From contig JBEKRX010000017.1 of NCBI GenBank assembly GCA_049518415.1, positions 82,305 through 146,304 on the forward strand: DNA of 64,000 bases, read 5' to 3'. Positions 52,591 through 61,384 of this stretch are shown here, one piece after another. How positions within the stretch are numbered: position 1 is the first letter of the stretch; each line of letters opens with the position of its first letter. A program made the translations under genes and the position numbers. The notes under the pieces are model-generated. The model searched no databases and was not told the origin of the DNA. It saw only the letters and a program-made list of their open reading frames with translations. This DNA comes from Verrucomicrobiota bacterium (GTDB taxonomy: Bacteria > Verrucomicrobiota > Verrucomicrobiia > Limisphaerales > UBA8199).

Positions 52591-55092
52591 ATGAGAACAA
52601 CTCGGTTCAAAACTCTTCAAGTCGTGACGTTTTTCTGCGGGGCCGCTCTTTGGCTGGGGCCGAACCCGGCCCGGGCGGAGCGGACTTGCCTCTCCCTGGA
52701 CGGCACCTGGGCGGTCGCGGAGGGGAACTTAAGCCAGGCGCCCTCTTGGTTTAATCACCGGGTGCCGGTGCCGGGGCTGCTCGATGAGGCGCGGCCGGCC
52801 TTCGCCCAGGTCGGCCTCAAAAGTCCCTTGCGTGAGGCCTTCTGGTATCGCCGCGAATTTCGCATCCAAGGCGAAGTGCCGGCAGTCGCCAAGCTCAAAG
52901 TCCACAAGGCCGCCTACGGAGCGCGGGTCTGCCTGAACGGCATTTTCCTGGGCGAGCACCTGCCCAGCTTCACGCCGGGTTACTTCGATGTCCGGCGGGC
53001 CTTGCGCGGCCACGGGGCGGCCAATGAGCTGGTCATCCGGGTCGGGGCCTTGCCTGATGCGCTGCCAGCCTCGCTCCCCTCGGGGTTTGATTTCGAAAAG
53101 AGCCGTTACATTCCGGGGCTGTTCGATTCGGTGGAACTCATCCTGTCCGGCACGCCGCACCTGGAACAGGTCCAGGTCGCGCCCGACCTCGCCAACCGGG
53201 CGATTCGGGTGCAGGCCGCCGTGCGCAATGCCGGTCCGAAGACTGACGCCCGGCTGTTTTTCCGCGTGCGCGAGGCGCGCTCGCAAAGGCTGGTCGCCGA
53301 GAGCAGTTCGGAGCCGCTCCGTCTCGACCGCGAGGCGGAGCAGACCGTCGAGGTCCGCATCCCCATGCCCAAGTGCCGGGCCTGGAGCCCGGAGGACCCC
53401 TTCCTCTACGAACTGGAGGCCGGCACCAGCGCCGACAGCCTGCGCACGCGCTTCGGCATGAGGGAATTTCATTTGGACCCGGCGACGGGCCGCGCGGTAT
53501 TGAACGGGCGGCCGTATTTTTTGCGGGGCAGCAACGTGACGCTTTACCGGTTTTTCGAGGACGCGCAATGCGCTGACCATCCCTGGCGGGCGGACTGGGT
53601 GCGCCGTCTCCACCGGCAGTTCAAGGCCCTGCACGGCAATGCCCTTCGTTACTGCATCGGCTTCCCCCCCGAGCTCTGGTACCGCATCGCCGACGAGGAA
53701 GGCCTGCTCATCCAGGACGAGTTCCCCCTCTGGTTTGGCGACCGCTGGCCGGCCGAACTCAAAAGCCAGGAGTTGATCCGGGAATACACCGAATGGATGC
53801 AGGAACGCTGGAACCACCCCTGCGTGGTCATCTGGGACGCCCAAAACGAGTCTGTCACCGCCGAGACCGGCAAAGCCATCGCCCAGGTCCGCAGCCTGGA
53901 CCTCTCTCATCGTCCCTGGGACAACGGCTATGGCCAGCCCCAATCCCCGGCAGACACTTTCGAGTCCCATCCCTATCTGTTCAGCAATCCACGGTTCAGA
54001 CTCTCCGGTTTGGCTCAGGTTTCCGGCGTCCCGCAGGGCAACGCCATTGCCAATGCCGGCCACAACCCGATCATCATCAATGAGTACGACTGGCTGTGGC
54101 TCAACCGGGACGGCTCGCCGACGACCCTTTCGGGGAAAGTTTACGAGAACCTGCTCGGCCCCAAAGCCACGGCGGCGCAGCGGCGGCTGCTTTGTGCCAG
54201 GTACAACGCGGCCCTGACCGAGTTCTGGCGCGCGCATCGGGCCTGCGCGGGTGTGCTGCACTTTTGCGGCCTGGGCTATTCGCGCACCAACGGCCAGACC
54301 TCGGACAACTTCATCGACCTCGAGCGGCTGAAATTCGAGCCGCACTTTCAGCACTACATGGCCGACGCCTTTGCCCCGGTGGGATTGATGATCGATGAGT
54401 GGCGCCCGGTGCTGCCCCCCGGAGTGGAACAGACGACTGCGGTCGTCGTCATCAATGACCTCTACCAAAAGTGGCAGGGCTGGGTCCGGTTTCGGGTCCT
54501 GCGCCGGGGCCGGCCGGTCGCCGAGCAGGTCCGCCCCTGCGCCGTGGCGGCGCTGGGCGAGACGAAATTGAACTTCCGCGGCCGCACCCCAAAAACGCCG
54601 GGCCATTACCAACTCGAGGCCTCCTTGCTCCATGCCGGCGCCCGCCCGGTCCGCAGTCTGCGCGACTTCCGCATCGCCGCCACGGAGAGCAACCGGGACG
54701 GGGGAATCGCCCTGCACCAGCCCGTGAAGGCCTCCTCCAGCCATGTCGAGCCGGGCGCCAATTACGGGCCGGAGAATGCGGTGGACGGGGCGGACGATAC
54801 GCGGTGGTCGTCTGAGTTCAGCGACCCGCAATGGCTGGCGATTGACCTGGGCAGCCCCAGGCAGTTATCGCGGGTGGTGCTCGAGTGGGAGGCGGCTTAC
54901 GCGCAAAGCTATGCCATCCAGGTCTCCGACGATGGCGCCACCTGGCGGGAGGTCTATACGAACACCAGCGGCAAGGGCGATACGGAAGAGATCAGATTTG
55001 CCCCGGTCTCAGCCCGCTGGGTGCGGTTCTATGGCACGAAACGGGCCACGCCCTACGGCTACTCGCTCTGGGAGATAAGAGTCTTTCCGTGA
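52591..55092 (+). CDS. Glycoside hydrolase family 2-like enzyme with C-terminal discoidin (F5/8 type C) domain
   Basis: Signal peptide. WYRREF..AKLKVHKAAYGARVCLNGIFLGEH is the GH2 sugar-binding domain. WNHPCVVIWDAQNES is in the catalytic region. C-terminus: NAVDGADDTRWSSEFSDPQWLAIDLG..YSLWEIRVF. Confidence 0.8.
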   Translation: MRTTRFKTLQVVTFFCGAALWLGPNPARAERTCLSLDGTWAVAEGNLSQAPSWFNHRVPVPGLLDEARPAFAQVGLKSPLREAFWYRREFRIQGEVPAVAKLKVHKAAYGARVCLNGIFLGEHLPSFTPGYFDVRRALRGHGAANELVIRVGALPDALPASLPSGFDFEKSRYIPGLFDSVELILSGTPHLEQVQVAPDLANRAIRVQAAVRNAGPKTDARLFFRVREARSQRLVAESSSEPLRLDREAEQTVEVRIPMPKCRAWSPEDPFLYELEAGTSADSLRTRFGMREFHLDPATGRAVLNGRPYFLRGSNVTLYRFFEDAQCADHPWRADWVRRLHRQFKALHGNALRYCIGFPPELWYRIADEEGLLIQDEFPLWFGDRWPAELKSQELIREYTEWMQERWNHPCVVIWDAQNESVTAETGKAIAQVRSLDLSHRPWDNGYGQPQSPADTFESHPYLFSNPRFRLSGLAQVSGVPQGNAIANAGHNPIIINEYDWLWLNRDGSPTTLSGKVYENLLGPKATAAQRRLLCARYNAALTEFWRAHRACAGVLHFCGLGYSRTNGQTSDNFIDLERLKFEPHFQHYMADAFAPVGLMIDEWRPVLPPGVEQTTAVVVINDLYQKWQGWVRFRVLRRGRPVAEQVRPCAVAALGETKLNFRGRTPKTPGHYQLEASLLHAGARPVRSLRDFRIAATESNRDGGIALHQPVKASSSHVEPGANYGPENAVDGADDTRWSSEFSDPQWLAIDLGSPRQLSRVVLEWEAAYAQSYAIQVSDDGATWREVYTNTSGKGDTEEIRFAPVSARWVRFYGTKRATPYGYSLWEIRVFP

Positions 55093-55139
55093 ATTGAATT
55101 GCCAATCGCCAATGGCCGAGTGGTCTAAGGCGCAATGGT

Positions 55140-55322
55140 GGAGGTCCTGAGAACCGCTTTCCCACGGCTGGCGTCATGGGCTGCGCCCCCCGCGCTCCCT
55201 GGCAGGCGAGACGCCTGCCCCACTACCTCGTTGGCGTCACGGGCTGAAATGTCTGCGCCCCCCGGCTCCCCCCGAATCCGTTCGGCCTTGGGCCTGCCTG
55301 GCGCCGGAGGCGCCCCCGAACT
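55140..55322. repeat. Hairpin-rich intergenic element (family member 3) with internal duplication
   Basis: TGGCGTCAYGGGCTG..GCGCCCCCC occurs twice. GGCAGGCG-aga-CGCCTGCC CCACTACC and GGCGCC-gga-GGCGCC hairpins. GGGCTGAAATGTCTGCGCCCC parallels GGGCTACTGTCTTGTTGCCCC at 2970-2990. Confidence 0.6.
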
Positions 55323-55562
55323 CTATTCCACCGGGATGTTCTCGCCCTTGGCTTGGGGCTTTGAATAGTGCGCAATGCGCGCATCGAGCATCGCCCGGAG
55401 GCCTTTGAGCAGTTCCATCCGGGCGGCCTCGAAGTGGCGTCGTGCCTCCTCGGGCGGCCCCAACCGCCGCAAAAAGTCGCTCAGGCCAGGGCCTGCCCCC
55501 TGGCAGAGACACGGACCATACTCCGGTTTTGAAGATTTTTTGGCTCTCTTCTTATTATTCAT
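55323..55562 (-). CDS. Small (79 aa) basic protein translationally coupled to the ArsA-like ATPase
   Basis: MNNKKRAKKSSKPEYGPCLCQGAGPGLSDFLRRLGPPEEARRHFEAARMELLKGLRAMLDARIAHYSKPQAKGENIPVE. Its ATG overlaps the ArsA stop (ATGA at 55559-55562). Confidence 0.5.
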   Translation of the reverse strand: MNNKKRAKKSSKPEYGPCLCQGAGPGLSDFLRRLGPPEEARRHFEAARMELLKGLRAMLDARIAHYSKPQAKGENIPVE

Positions 55563-56749
55563 ACTGCCTCCTGCAGTTCTACCACCAACAGGCCGCCCTC
55601 GAGCCGCGCTCGGACCGGCGCCAACCCCATCATCGAACTGGGCAAACCAATGTGCCGCCGCACGGTCCCGATCTCGATGACCAGTTCTTCCCCTTTTTTG
55701 AAAACCCCAACCTCGCCCTTGGCCGCAAACGGCGCCTGCATCCGCACTTCGTACCGGCCGTCCCGCTTGCTGAACGAATAAGGCCGCTCGGTGCGCGTCA
55801 CCGCGCTCGGGTCTTCCCGTTCGCTGAAGGTTGCGCGGGCGAGTTGGCGAATCCGCTCCAGGCCCAGCACCTCCTGCCGGAACAGCGGCACCTGCCGCAC
55901 CGGCACCGGGGCGAAATAGGCCTCGACCTCCTTGAGAAACTTCTCCTGGGTGCGCCGCCACTCCCGGAAGAATGCATCCTCCACCTGCTCTGGCAGCACC
56001 CGATTGACCAGCACCTGGTCCACCGTCAGACCATGCAAGGAAAAATAAACGAACGCCCGCTGGGTCTCCCGCACCACCATCTTCTCCGCATTGGTCACCA
56101 ACCGCACGCTCGTCACCCGGGGGTCTTCCAAGAGTTGATCGATCCCCTCAATCTGGCCAAACAGCTCCTTGACGCTCGCAAAATAGCTGTCCGGCGGCAG
56201 CTCGAAAGGCGCTACCCGGTTGGCGATTGGGCGCACCGCCTTTAACAAGCCGCGCTGGAGGGGGAAGACATGCTGCATGTACCACTTCATCGTCGTGGGC
56301 ATCGCGATGAACCGCAGGCTTTCCCCCGTCGGCGCGCAGTCCAGCACGATGACATCATATCGCCCTTCCTTGTGCCATTGGTTGACGTAGAGCAAGGCGC
56401 TCAGTTCCTCCATGCCCGGAAAGATGGCCATCTCCTCCGCCTCCACCTCGCTCAACCCCGACGTCCGCAACAGCGAACTGATGTACGACCAGATCCGCTG
56501 CCAATGCCGCTTGATCTCTTTCTGGATGTTGACCTCGTGAATCCAGAGATTATCGGCGATGCGGTAGGGATCGGCGGTCCTGGCATCGAACAGGCCGGAC
56601 TCCAGGTCGAAGGCATCGCCCAGCGAATGCGCCGGGTCCACGCTCATCACCAGCGTGCGATAGCCCAACTCCGCCAGGCGCGTCCCCGTCGCCGCCGACA
56701 GACTGGTCTTGCCCACGCCGCCTTTGCCGCTAAACAGAAGTATGCGCAT
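55559..56749 (-). CDS. ArsA/GET3-family ATPase with C-terminal HSP20/CS-like domain
   Basis: MRILLFSGKGGVGKTSLSAATG (P-loop), VMSVDPAHSLGDAF, and DVIVLDCAPTGESLRF. C-terminal beta domain: RYEVRMQAPFAAKGEVGVFKKGEELVIEIG. Confidence 0.9.
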   Translation of the reverse strand: MRILLFSGKGGVGKTSLSAATGTRLAELGYRTLVMSVDPAHSLGDAFDLESGLFDARTADPYRIADNLWIHEVNIQKEIKRHWQRIWSYISSLLRTSGLSEVEAEEMAIFPGMEELSALLYVNQWHKEGRYDVIVLDCAPTGESLRFIAMPTTMKWYMQHVFPLQRGLLKAVRPIANRVAPFELPPDSYFASVKELFGQIEGIDQLLEDPRVTSVRLVTNAEKMVVRETQRAFVYFSLHGLTVDQVLVNRVLPEQVEDAFFREWRRTQEKFLKEVEAYFAPVPVRQVPLFRQEVLGLERIRQLARATFSEREDPSAVTRTERPYSFSKRDGRYEVRMQAPFAAKGEVGVFKKGEELVIEIGTVRRHIGLPSSMMGLAPVRARLEGGLLVVELQEAV

Positions 56750-56761
56750 CCAGCAATAAAC

Positions 56762-56989
56762 TTACAGACGTGAAGGGTCGAGCGGCTCGGCCGGGCCTTC
56801 ATGCAGCGCATCTGCCACAAAAGCATCCAACTTTGGACGCGCACGGGCATCGCCGATGATACGTTCCCATTCCAGGTCGCTGGCCTGTTGTTGGAGAAAA
56901 CGCGCGAAATCCACCGCCTCCCGCGCCTTTTCCTCCGGCAGGGCCTCTACAATCTCAATCAATTCTTGGGCGACTGCGCTCATGTTCAA
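56762..56989 (-). CDS. DUF2281-like small protein (antitoxin-type N-terminal helix)
   Basis: 75 aa. ELIEIVEALPEEKAREAVDFARFLQQQ is the typical DUF2281 motif. Stop lies 12 nt before the ArsA start. Confidence 0.55.
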   Translation of the reverse strand: MNMSAVAQELIEIVEALPEEKAREAVDFARFLQQQASDLEWERIIGDARARPKLDAFVADALHEGPAEPLDPSRL

Positions 56990-57129
56990 AGACTAGCCCG
57001 CCCGGCTGGGTATGGCAAGCAAAGCGATCCGCGCCTGTAATACCGTGCTCGCGGTGGGCCGCGGGTTGCCCGGTGCCCCGCTCCGCCACGAGTTCGCGGA
57101 CCTGTGTGCCGGGTCGGGGCCGAGCTCGA

Positions 57130-57228
57130 GTGCCAAGGTGCCGGAGCCAGGGGGATCTTCCCGATAGCCGATAGCCAATAGCCGATAGCCGACAGGTGCC
57201 AAGGTGCCGGAGCCGGGCGGATCTTCCC
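57130..57228. repeat. 33-bp direct repeat pair flanking a (GATAGCC)x4 heptamer tract
   Basis: GTGCCAAGGTGCCGGAGCCAGGGGGATCTTCCC (57130-57162), then gatagcc gatagcc aatagcc gatagcc (57163-57190), then GTGCCAAGGTGCCGGAGCCGGGCGGATCTTCCC (57196-57228). Confidence 0.85.
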
Positions 57229-57537
57229 AGGGAGACTTTTGCAACGCATTGACTGCCAAGGACTCGCGGACTGACGGCTGGCCCCGAAAGCCTTCGGGGC
57301 ACTGGCCGGCTGGGAGCCTGCCGCTACCGGCCTGGTGGTATTCTCCAGGTGCCTCCGCCGGCCTAAGTGGCACATAAAAAGTTGCATTCCTGGCTGGGTA
57401 TGCTTTAGTGTCTCTCCGCGACCAAGCGAATCATACTTGACGAAGGCAAACCGGCATTCAAAACCATGAATCCTGGGCGAACATGCAAACGGGGGGGTAT
57501 GGGTAGGTAAGGCTTTGGGACATCTGACCACTGCCGC

Positions 57538-59181
57538 ATGACATATCTTCTTATAGTTGTCGGCCTCATAGGCGCGGGTACTGTTTCGGTGCTGATCCCG
57601 CTGATCCTTAGGCAGTGCGCCCAGCGGCGGATGTTTGCTCGCTCGCCCGACCTGCACCACACCCACAAGCGCCCTGTCCCGCGGCTGGGGGGAGTGGCGC
57701 TGGCGGTGGCTTTTCTCGTCATCGAAGGCTTCATCGCCCTGGTCAGGCCGGAAGACCGCGCCCTCACTCCGGAACGCAATGTCATTGTGCTCACTTGCCT
57801 GGCGATGTTCGGGCTGGGGTTGTGGGATGACCTTCGCGCATTGGGCGCAAGGAAAAAACTTCTGGGCCAGGTGCTGATTGCTCTGGTGGTCTGTTATTTT
57901 GGGCTTGGCGTCCAGCGTTTCAAGATCCCCTTCGGCGGGGATGTGATTGAGTTGCATGGCTGGGGGCTGTTGGTCACGGTCATCTGGCTAGTGGGCATGA
58001 CCAACCTGATCAACCTCATTGACGGGGCCGATGGGTTGGCCGGGGGTATTTGCCTCATGCTGATGGTGTTGCTGGCTTATGTCGGCCATCAAGTCGGGCA
58101 CTTCGAACTGCTGACCGCGGGCATGGCCGGGGCATTGCTGGGCTTTTTGTGGTTCAATTTTCCCCCGGCGCGAATTTACCTGGGTGACGGCGGGGCCTAT
58201 TTCCTGGGCTTCCAGATCGGCTTGTTTTCCCTGGTCAATTCGCACAAAGGGGAGGTGTTTGCGGCGCTGGCCGCGCCGATGTTGGCGCTGGCGCTGCCGA
58301 TCCTGGACACGGGCCTGGCGATCGTGCGGCGGGGGTTGCGGGGGCTGCCGCTCTTCCGGCCCGACCGGCGGCATCTCCATCATCATCTCCAGGGCATCGG
58401 CTTTTCGCGGCGCAAAGTGCTGTTCTCCTTTTACGGGGTAACGCTGGTGTTTCTCATGCTGGGCGCGGCGGCGATTTGGTCGCGCGGCCAGTGGCTGCCG
58501 GGACTGGTTGGTTTTGGGGCGCTGGTGTTGGTGATCTGCGCGGGCAACCTGAGTTTCAGCCGGGAATGGTTTGATGTCGCTCGGGTGGTGGGCAGTTCCC
58601 TGGAGATGCGGCGGGAAATTCGGTATGCCCTGAGCCTGACGCGCTGGCTGGAACTGGAAGGCGAGCGGCAGGTCTTGCTCGAGGACCTTTGGCAGGACTT
58701 TGTCTTTGTCGCGAGGAAGCTGGGTTTTGCGTCGGTCACGCTGACTTTGGCGGATGGCCAGCGGGTGTGGGCAAGGCCGGGGGCCAGTGGGCCGAGGCAT
58801 TCGATCCGCCACGAAATGCACGGCGGGGATTCGGGGGCGCTGGAGTTGTCGGCCCTCACTTGCGAGTATCGGGATGCTGGGCCGGGTCTGGCCCTGCCAT
58901 CGCCCTCCTGCAATCGCGCTTTATGCCCCTGCGTTGGGGACGCCAAGCTGTTTGAGGTGTTGAGTGAATTGCTCGCCGAAGCCTGGATGAAGGCCGTCAC
59001 CCGGTGGAAAAACGGCGAGCGGCTCCCCGTCCGGTTCGATTCCCGGAGCTTGGCCTCGAGCGACGCGGTGGCCCGCGAGCCTGGGCTCCGTTCCGTCGGC
59101 GCGCCGGTTCCCCAGGGCAAGGGCAATCCCCAAAGGTCCACCACCGGGCCGGACACGGATAACCTCATCCGCAACCGCTAA
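57538..59181 (+). CDS. MraY/WecA-family polyprenyl-phosphate sugar-phosphate transferase with ~200-aa C-terminal extension
   Basis: HKRPVPRLGGVAL, WDDLRALGARKKL, MTNLINLIDGADGLAGG and NFPPARIYLGDGGAYFLG. Confidence 0.85.
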   Translation: MTYLLIVVGLIGAGTVSVLIPLILRQCAQRRMFARSPDLHHTHKRPVPRLGGVALAVAFLVIEGFIALVRPEDRALTPERNVIVLTCLAMFGLGLWDDLRALGARKKLLGQVLIALVVCYFGLGVQRFKIPFGGDVIELHGWGLLVTVIWLVGMTNLINLIDGADGLAGGICLMLMVLLAYVGHQVGHFELLTAGMAGALLGFLWFNFPPARIYLGDGGAYFLGFQIGLFSLVNSHKGEVFAALAAPMLALALPILDTGLAIVRRGLRGLPLFRPDRRHLHHHLQGIGFSRRKVLFSFYGVTLVFLMLGAAAIWSRGQWLPGLVGFGALVLVICAGNLSFSREWFDVARVVGSSLEMRREIRYALSLTRWLELEGERQVLLEDLWQDFVFVARKLGFASVTLTLADGQRVWARPGASGPRHSIRHEMHGGDSGALELSALTCEYRDAGPGLALPSPSCNRALCPCVGDAKLFEVLSELLAEAWMKAVTRWKNGERLPVRFDSRSLASSDAVAREPGLRSVGAPVPQGKGNPQRSTTGPDTDNLIRNR

Positions 59182-59304
59182 TAAGTGCGGAGCGTGGAGC
59201 GCGGATTGGGCGGTGGTCGGCCGCCAGTTCTGGCGGAGGCGGCAGAATGCAGGCTCTCACACCGGGAGCCGCCCTCCTGGTTCCCACCCACTGACCCCAC
59301 GCAC

Positions 59305-61167
59305 TCATTCCTCATCGGCTCGCAGAGGCCTTGCCGGCGCCGGCCCGGCGGCGGCGGCCTCGAACTGCAATTCATACATGCGGTAATAGCAACCGCGCGC
59401 CTCAAGCAAGTGGGCGTGGGTGCCGCTTTCCACGATTCGCCCGTTGTCCAGGACGACGATGAGTTGAGCGTTTTGGATGGTGGAGAGCCGGTGGGCGATG
59501 CAGATCGTGGTGCGGCCCTGCATGAGTTGCTCCAGGGCGGCCTGCACCGCGCGTTCGGATTCGGAGTCAAGCTGGCTCATGGCCTCGTCCAGGACCAGGA
59601 TGGGCGCGTCCTTGAGAATGGCCCGGGCGATAGCAATGCGCTGGCGTTGGCCGCCGGAGAGGGTAGCCCCCTTCTCGCCGACAACCGCTTCATAGCCTTG
59701 GGGCTTTTCCAGGATGAAGTCGTGCGCGTAGGCATGTTTGGCGGCCGCTTCGATTTGGGCATCTGTAGCGCCGGGCCGGCCCAGGGCGATATTATTGCGC
59801 ACGGTGTCATTGAAGAGGATGGTTTCCTGGGTTACCAGGGCGATTTGGCGGCGCAGGTCCTTGACCGCCACCTGGCGCAGGTCGGTGGGGCCGATGCGGA
59901 CGGAGCCGCGTTTGGGGTCGTAGAAGCGCAGCAGGAGATTGGTGAGCGTGGTCTTGCCCGAACCGCTGCTGCCGACCAGGGCGACCATCTGCCCGGCCTT
60001 GACCCTGAGGTTAATGCCGCGCAAGACCGGCTTGTCGCCGTAATCGAAATCGATGTCCGCGAAATGAATGTCGGCCCCGTGGGCCTGGAGCGGGACCGGC
60101 ACGGGGGGATCCACCACGGTGCTCGTTTCCTGCAGCAACTCAAAGACCTTCTGGCTGGCGGCCGCGGCCTGGTGGAGCTGGTTGTGCAGCCGGGTGAGCG
60201 CCTTGATGGGCTGGTACATCACCACAATGCTCAGGATAAAGGCGACAAAGTCGCCCGGGGCCTTGATGTTGGCCATGGCGGCATAGACCAGGACCAGGGC
60301 CACGCCCAGGGCGCCGAGGAACTCGGTGAATTGGCCGGGGATTTCATTAGCCCGCACCAGGCGCATCACGTGGCCGATATATTTCCCGGTGGTTGCCTGG
60401 AACTGCTTCAGGACCGTCCCCTCCAGGTTGTAGGCCTTGATGATACGGTTGCCGGTAAACGATTCGTGCATCAGGTCGGTCAACTCCGAAACGTGGCCCT
60501 GCATGAGCCGGGCCGACTTGCGGGCTTTGCGGCCGTAAACGATGATGGGCACCAGGCAGAGCGGCAGCACGATCACCGAGACCAGCGCCAGGACCCGCTG
60601 CTCGGCTTGGGCCAACATCATGCCCAGCAGCACCAGCACAGTCACGGGGTCCTTGATCAGCGAGCCGAGCGAACCGCTGATCACGCCGTAAAGTACGTGC
60701 GTGTCACTGGTGATCCGGGCGATCAAATCCCCCGTGCGCGCGTTGCTGAAAAAGTCCTGCGAGAGGTTTTGGAGGTGATCAAAGAGCCGCGTCCGCAAAT
60801 CGGCAATGGCCCGCACCGCCGCCCAGTTCAGGAGGTAAATATTCAAGTAGGCGAAGAAGTTTCGGAGCAGCATGACTGCCGGAATGGCGGCAATGAGCAC
60901 CAAGCGGCCCAGGGTGGGAGACTGCAGGCCGTGGAGCCAATCGGCAAGGCCCTGGAGCAGCGAGTGCAGCAACGCAGGGGCCTGTTTGAGGGCTGGCCCC
61001 GAGGAACTGGCGCCGCTTCCCTCAAACTGCAGGTTGACCACGAGCTTGATCACCAGGATGAGGGCGCCGTTGGTCAGGGCGCTGAGGACGCCGCAGCCCA
61101 GCCCAAGAAACAGCCGGCCCCGGTAGGGTCGCACGAACGTCCAGATTCTCCGCAAGAATAACAGCAT
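59305..61167 (-). CDS. ABC transporter, fused permease/ATPase (MsbA-like lipid exporter)
   Basis: Six-TM N-domain. GSSGSGKTTL is the Walker A, LSGGQRQRIAIARA the signature motif, ILVLDEAMS the Walker B. Start set at MLLFLRRIWTFVRPY (ATG 61167). Confidence 0.9.
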   Translation of the reverse strand: MLLFLRRIWTFVRPYRGRLFLGLGCGVLSALTNGALILVIKLVVNLQFEGSGASSSGPALKQAPALLHSLLQGLADWLHGLQSPTLGRLVLIAAIPAVMLLRNFFAYLNIYLLNWAAVRAIADLRTRLFDHLQNLSQDFFSNARTGDLIARITSDTHVLYGVISGSLGSLIKDPVTVLVLLGMMLAQAEQRVLALVSVIVLPLCLVPIIVYGRKARKSARLMQGHVSELTDLMHESFTGNRIIKAYNLEGTVLKQFQATTGKYIGHVMRLVRANEIPGQFTEFLGALGVALVLVYAAMANIKAPGDFVAFILSIVVMYQPIKALTRLHNQLHQAAAASQKVFELLQETSTVVDPPVPVPLQAHGADIHFADIDFDYGDKPVLRGINLRVKAGQMVALVGSSGSGKTTLTNLLLRFYDPKRGSVRIGPTDLRQVAVKDLRRQIALVTQETILFNDTVRNNIALGRPGATDAQIEAAAKHAYAHDFILEKPQGYEAVVGEKGATLSGGQRQRIAIARAILKDAPILVLDEAMSQLDSESERAVQAALEQLMQGRTTICIAHRLSTIQNAQLIVVLDNGRIVESGTHAHLLEARGCYYRMYELQFEAAAAGPAPARPLRADEE

Positions 61168-61275
61168 TGCCGCCCCTGAGTATGTCGCTGCCGGGCGGCC
61201 CAAGGCGAGTACTTTGTGGCCCCAATTCTTAGCGAGGCCGCGCCTCAGACCGACGAGGCATGTCATTCATTCGCG

Positions 61276-61338
61276 CCTCGGGTGGCCTCGGGTGGCTGGG
61301 CCGACTTGGGAATTGGAAATTGAACTCCTTTAACGCTT
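61276..61338. repeat. Mosaic simple-repeat module: (CCTCGGGTGG)x2, GAATTGGAAATTG, AACTCCTTTAACGCTT
   Basis: The 16-mer AACTCCTTTAACGCTT (61323-61338) is identical to 7183-7198. GAATTGGAA(A)TTG recurs at 3151 and 29460. Confidence 0.8.
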
Positions 61339-61384
61339 GTTCTGTGGGCGGCCGCGGGCTACTTAAGTGCCGGAAAAACTCCGT

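Noticed and set aside
52729-54831. 700-aa minus-strand ORF inside the GH2 gene
   Set aside because: Same reasoning: the GH2 and discoidin motifs are unambiguous on the plus strand.
55105-55135. tRNA-like stretch GGCCGAGTGGTCTAAGGCGC, identical to the D-arm of tRNA-Ser/Leu
   Set aside because: I could not build an acceptor stem, anticodon stem or T-arm (no GTTCGAATC-type loop) from the flanking sequence. At most it is a tRNA gene fragment or a chance match inside the hairpin-rich element.
56986-57957. 323-aa minus-strand ORF spanning the repeat-rich gap and the 5' end of the MraY-like gene
   Set aside because: It reads through the direct repeats and the heptamer array, and it overlaps a well-supported plus-strand membrane protein. 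Its composition is not protein-like.
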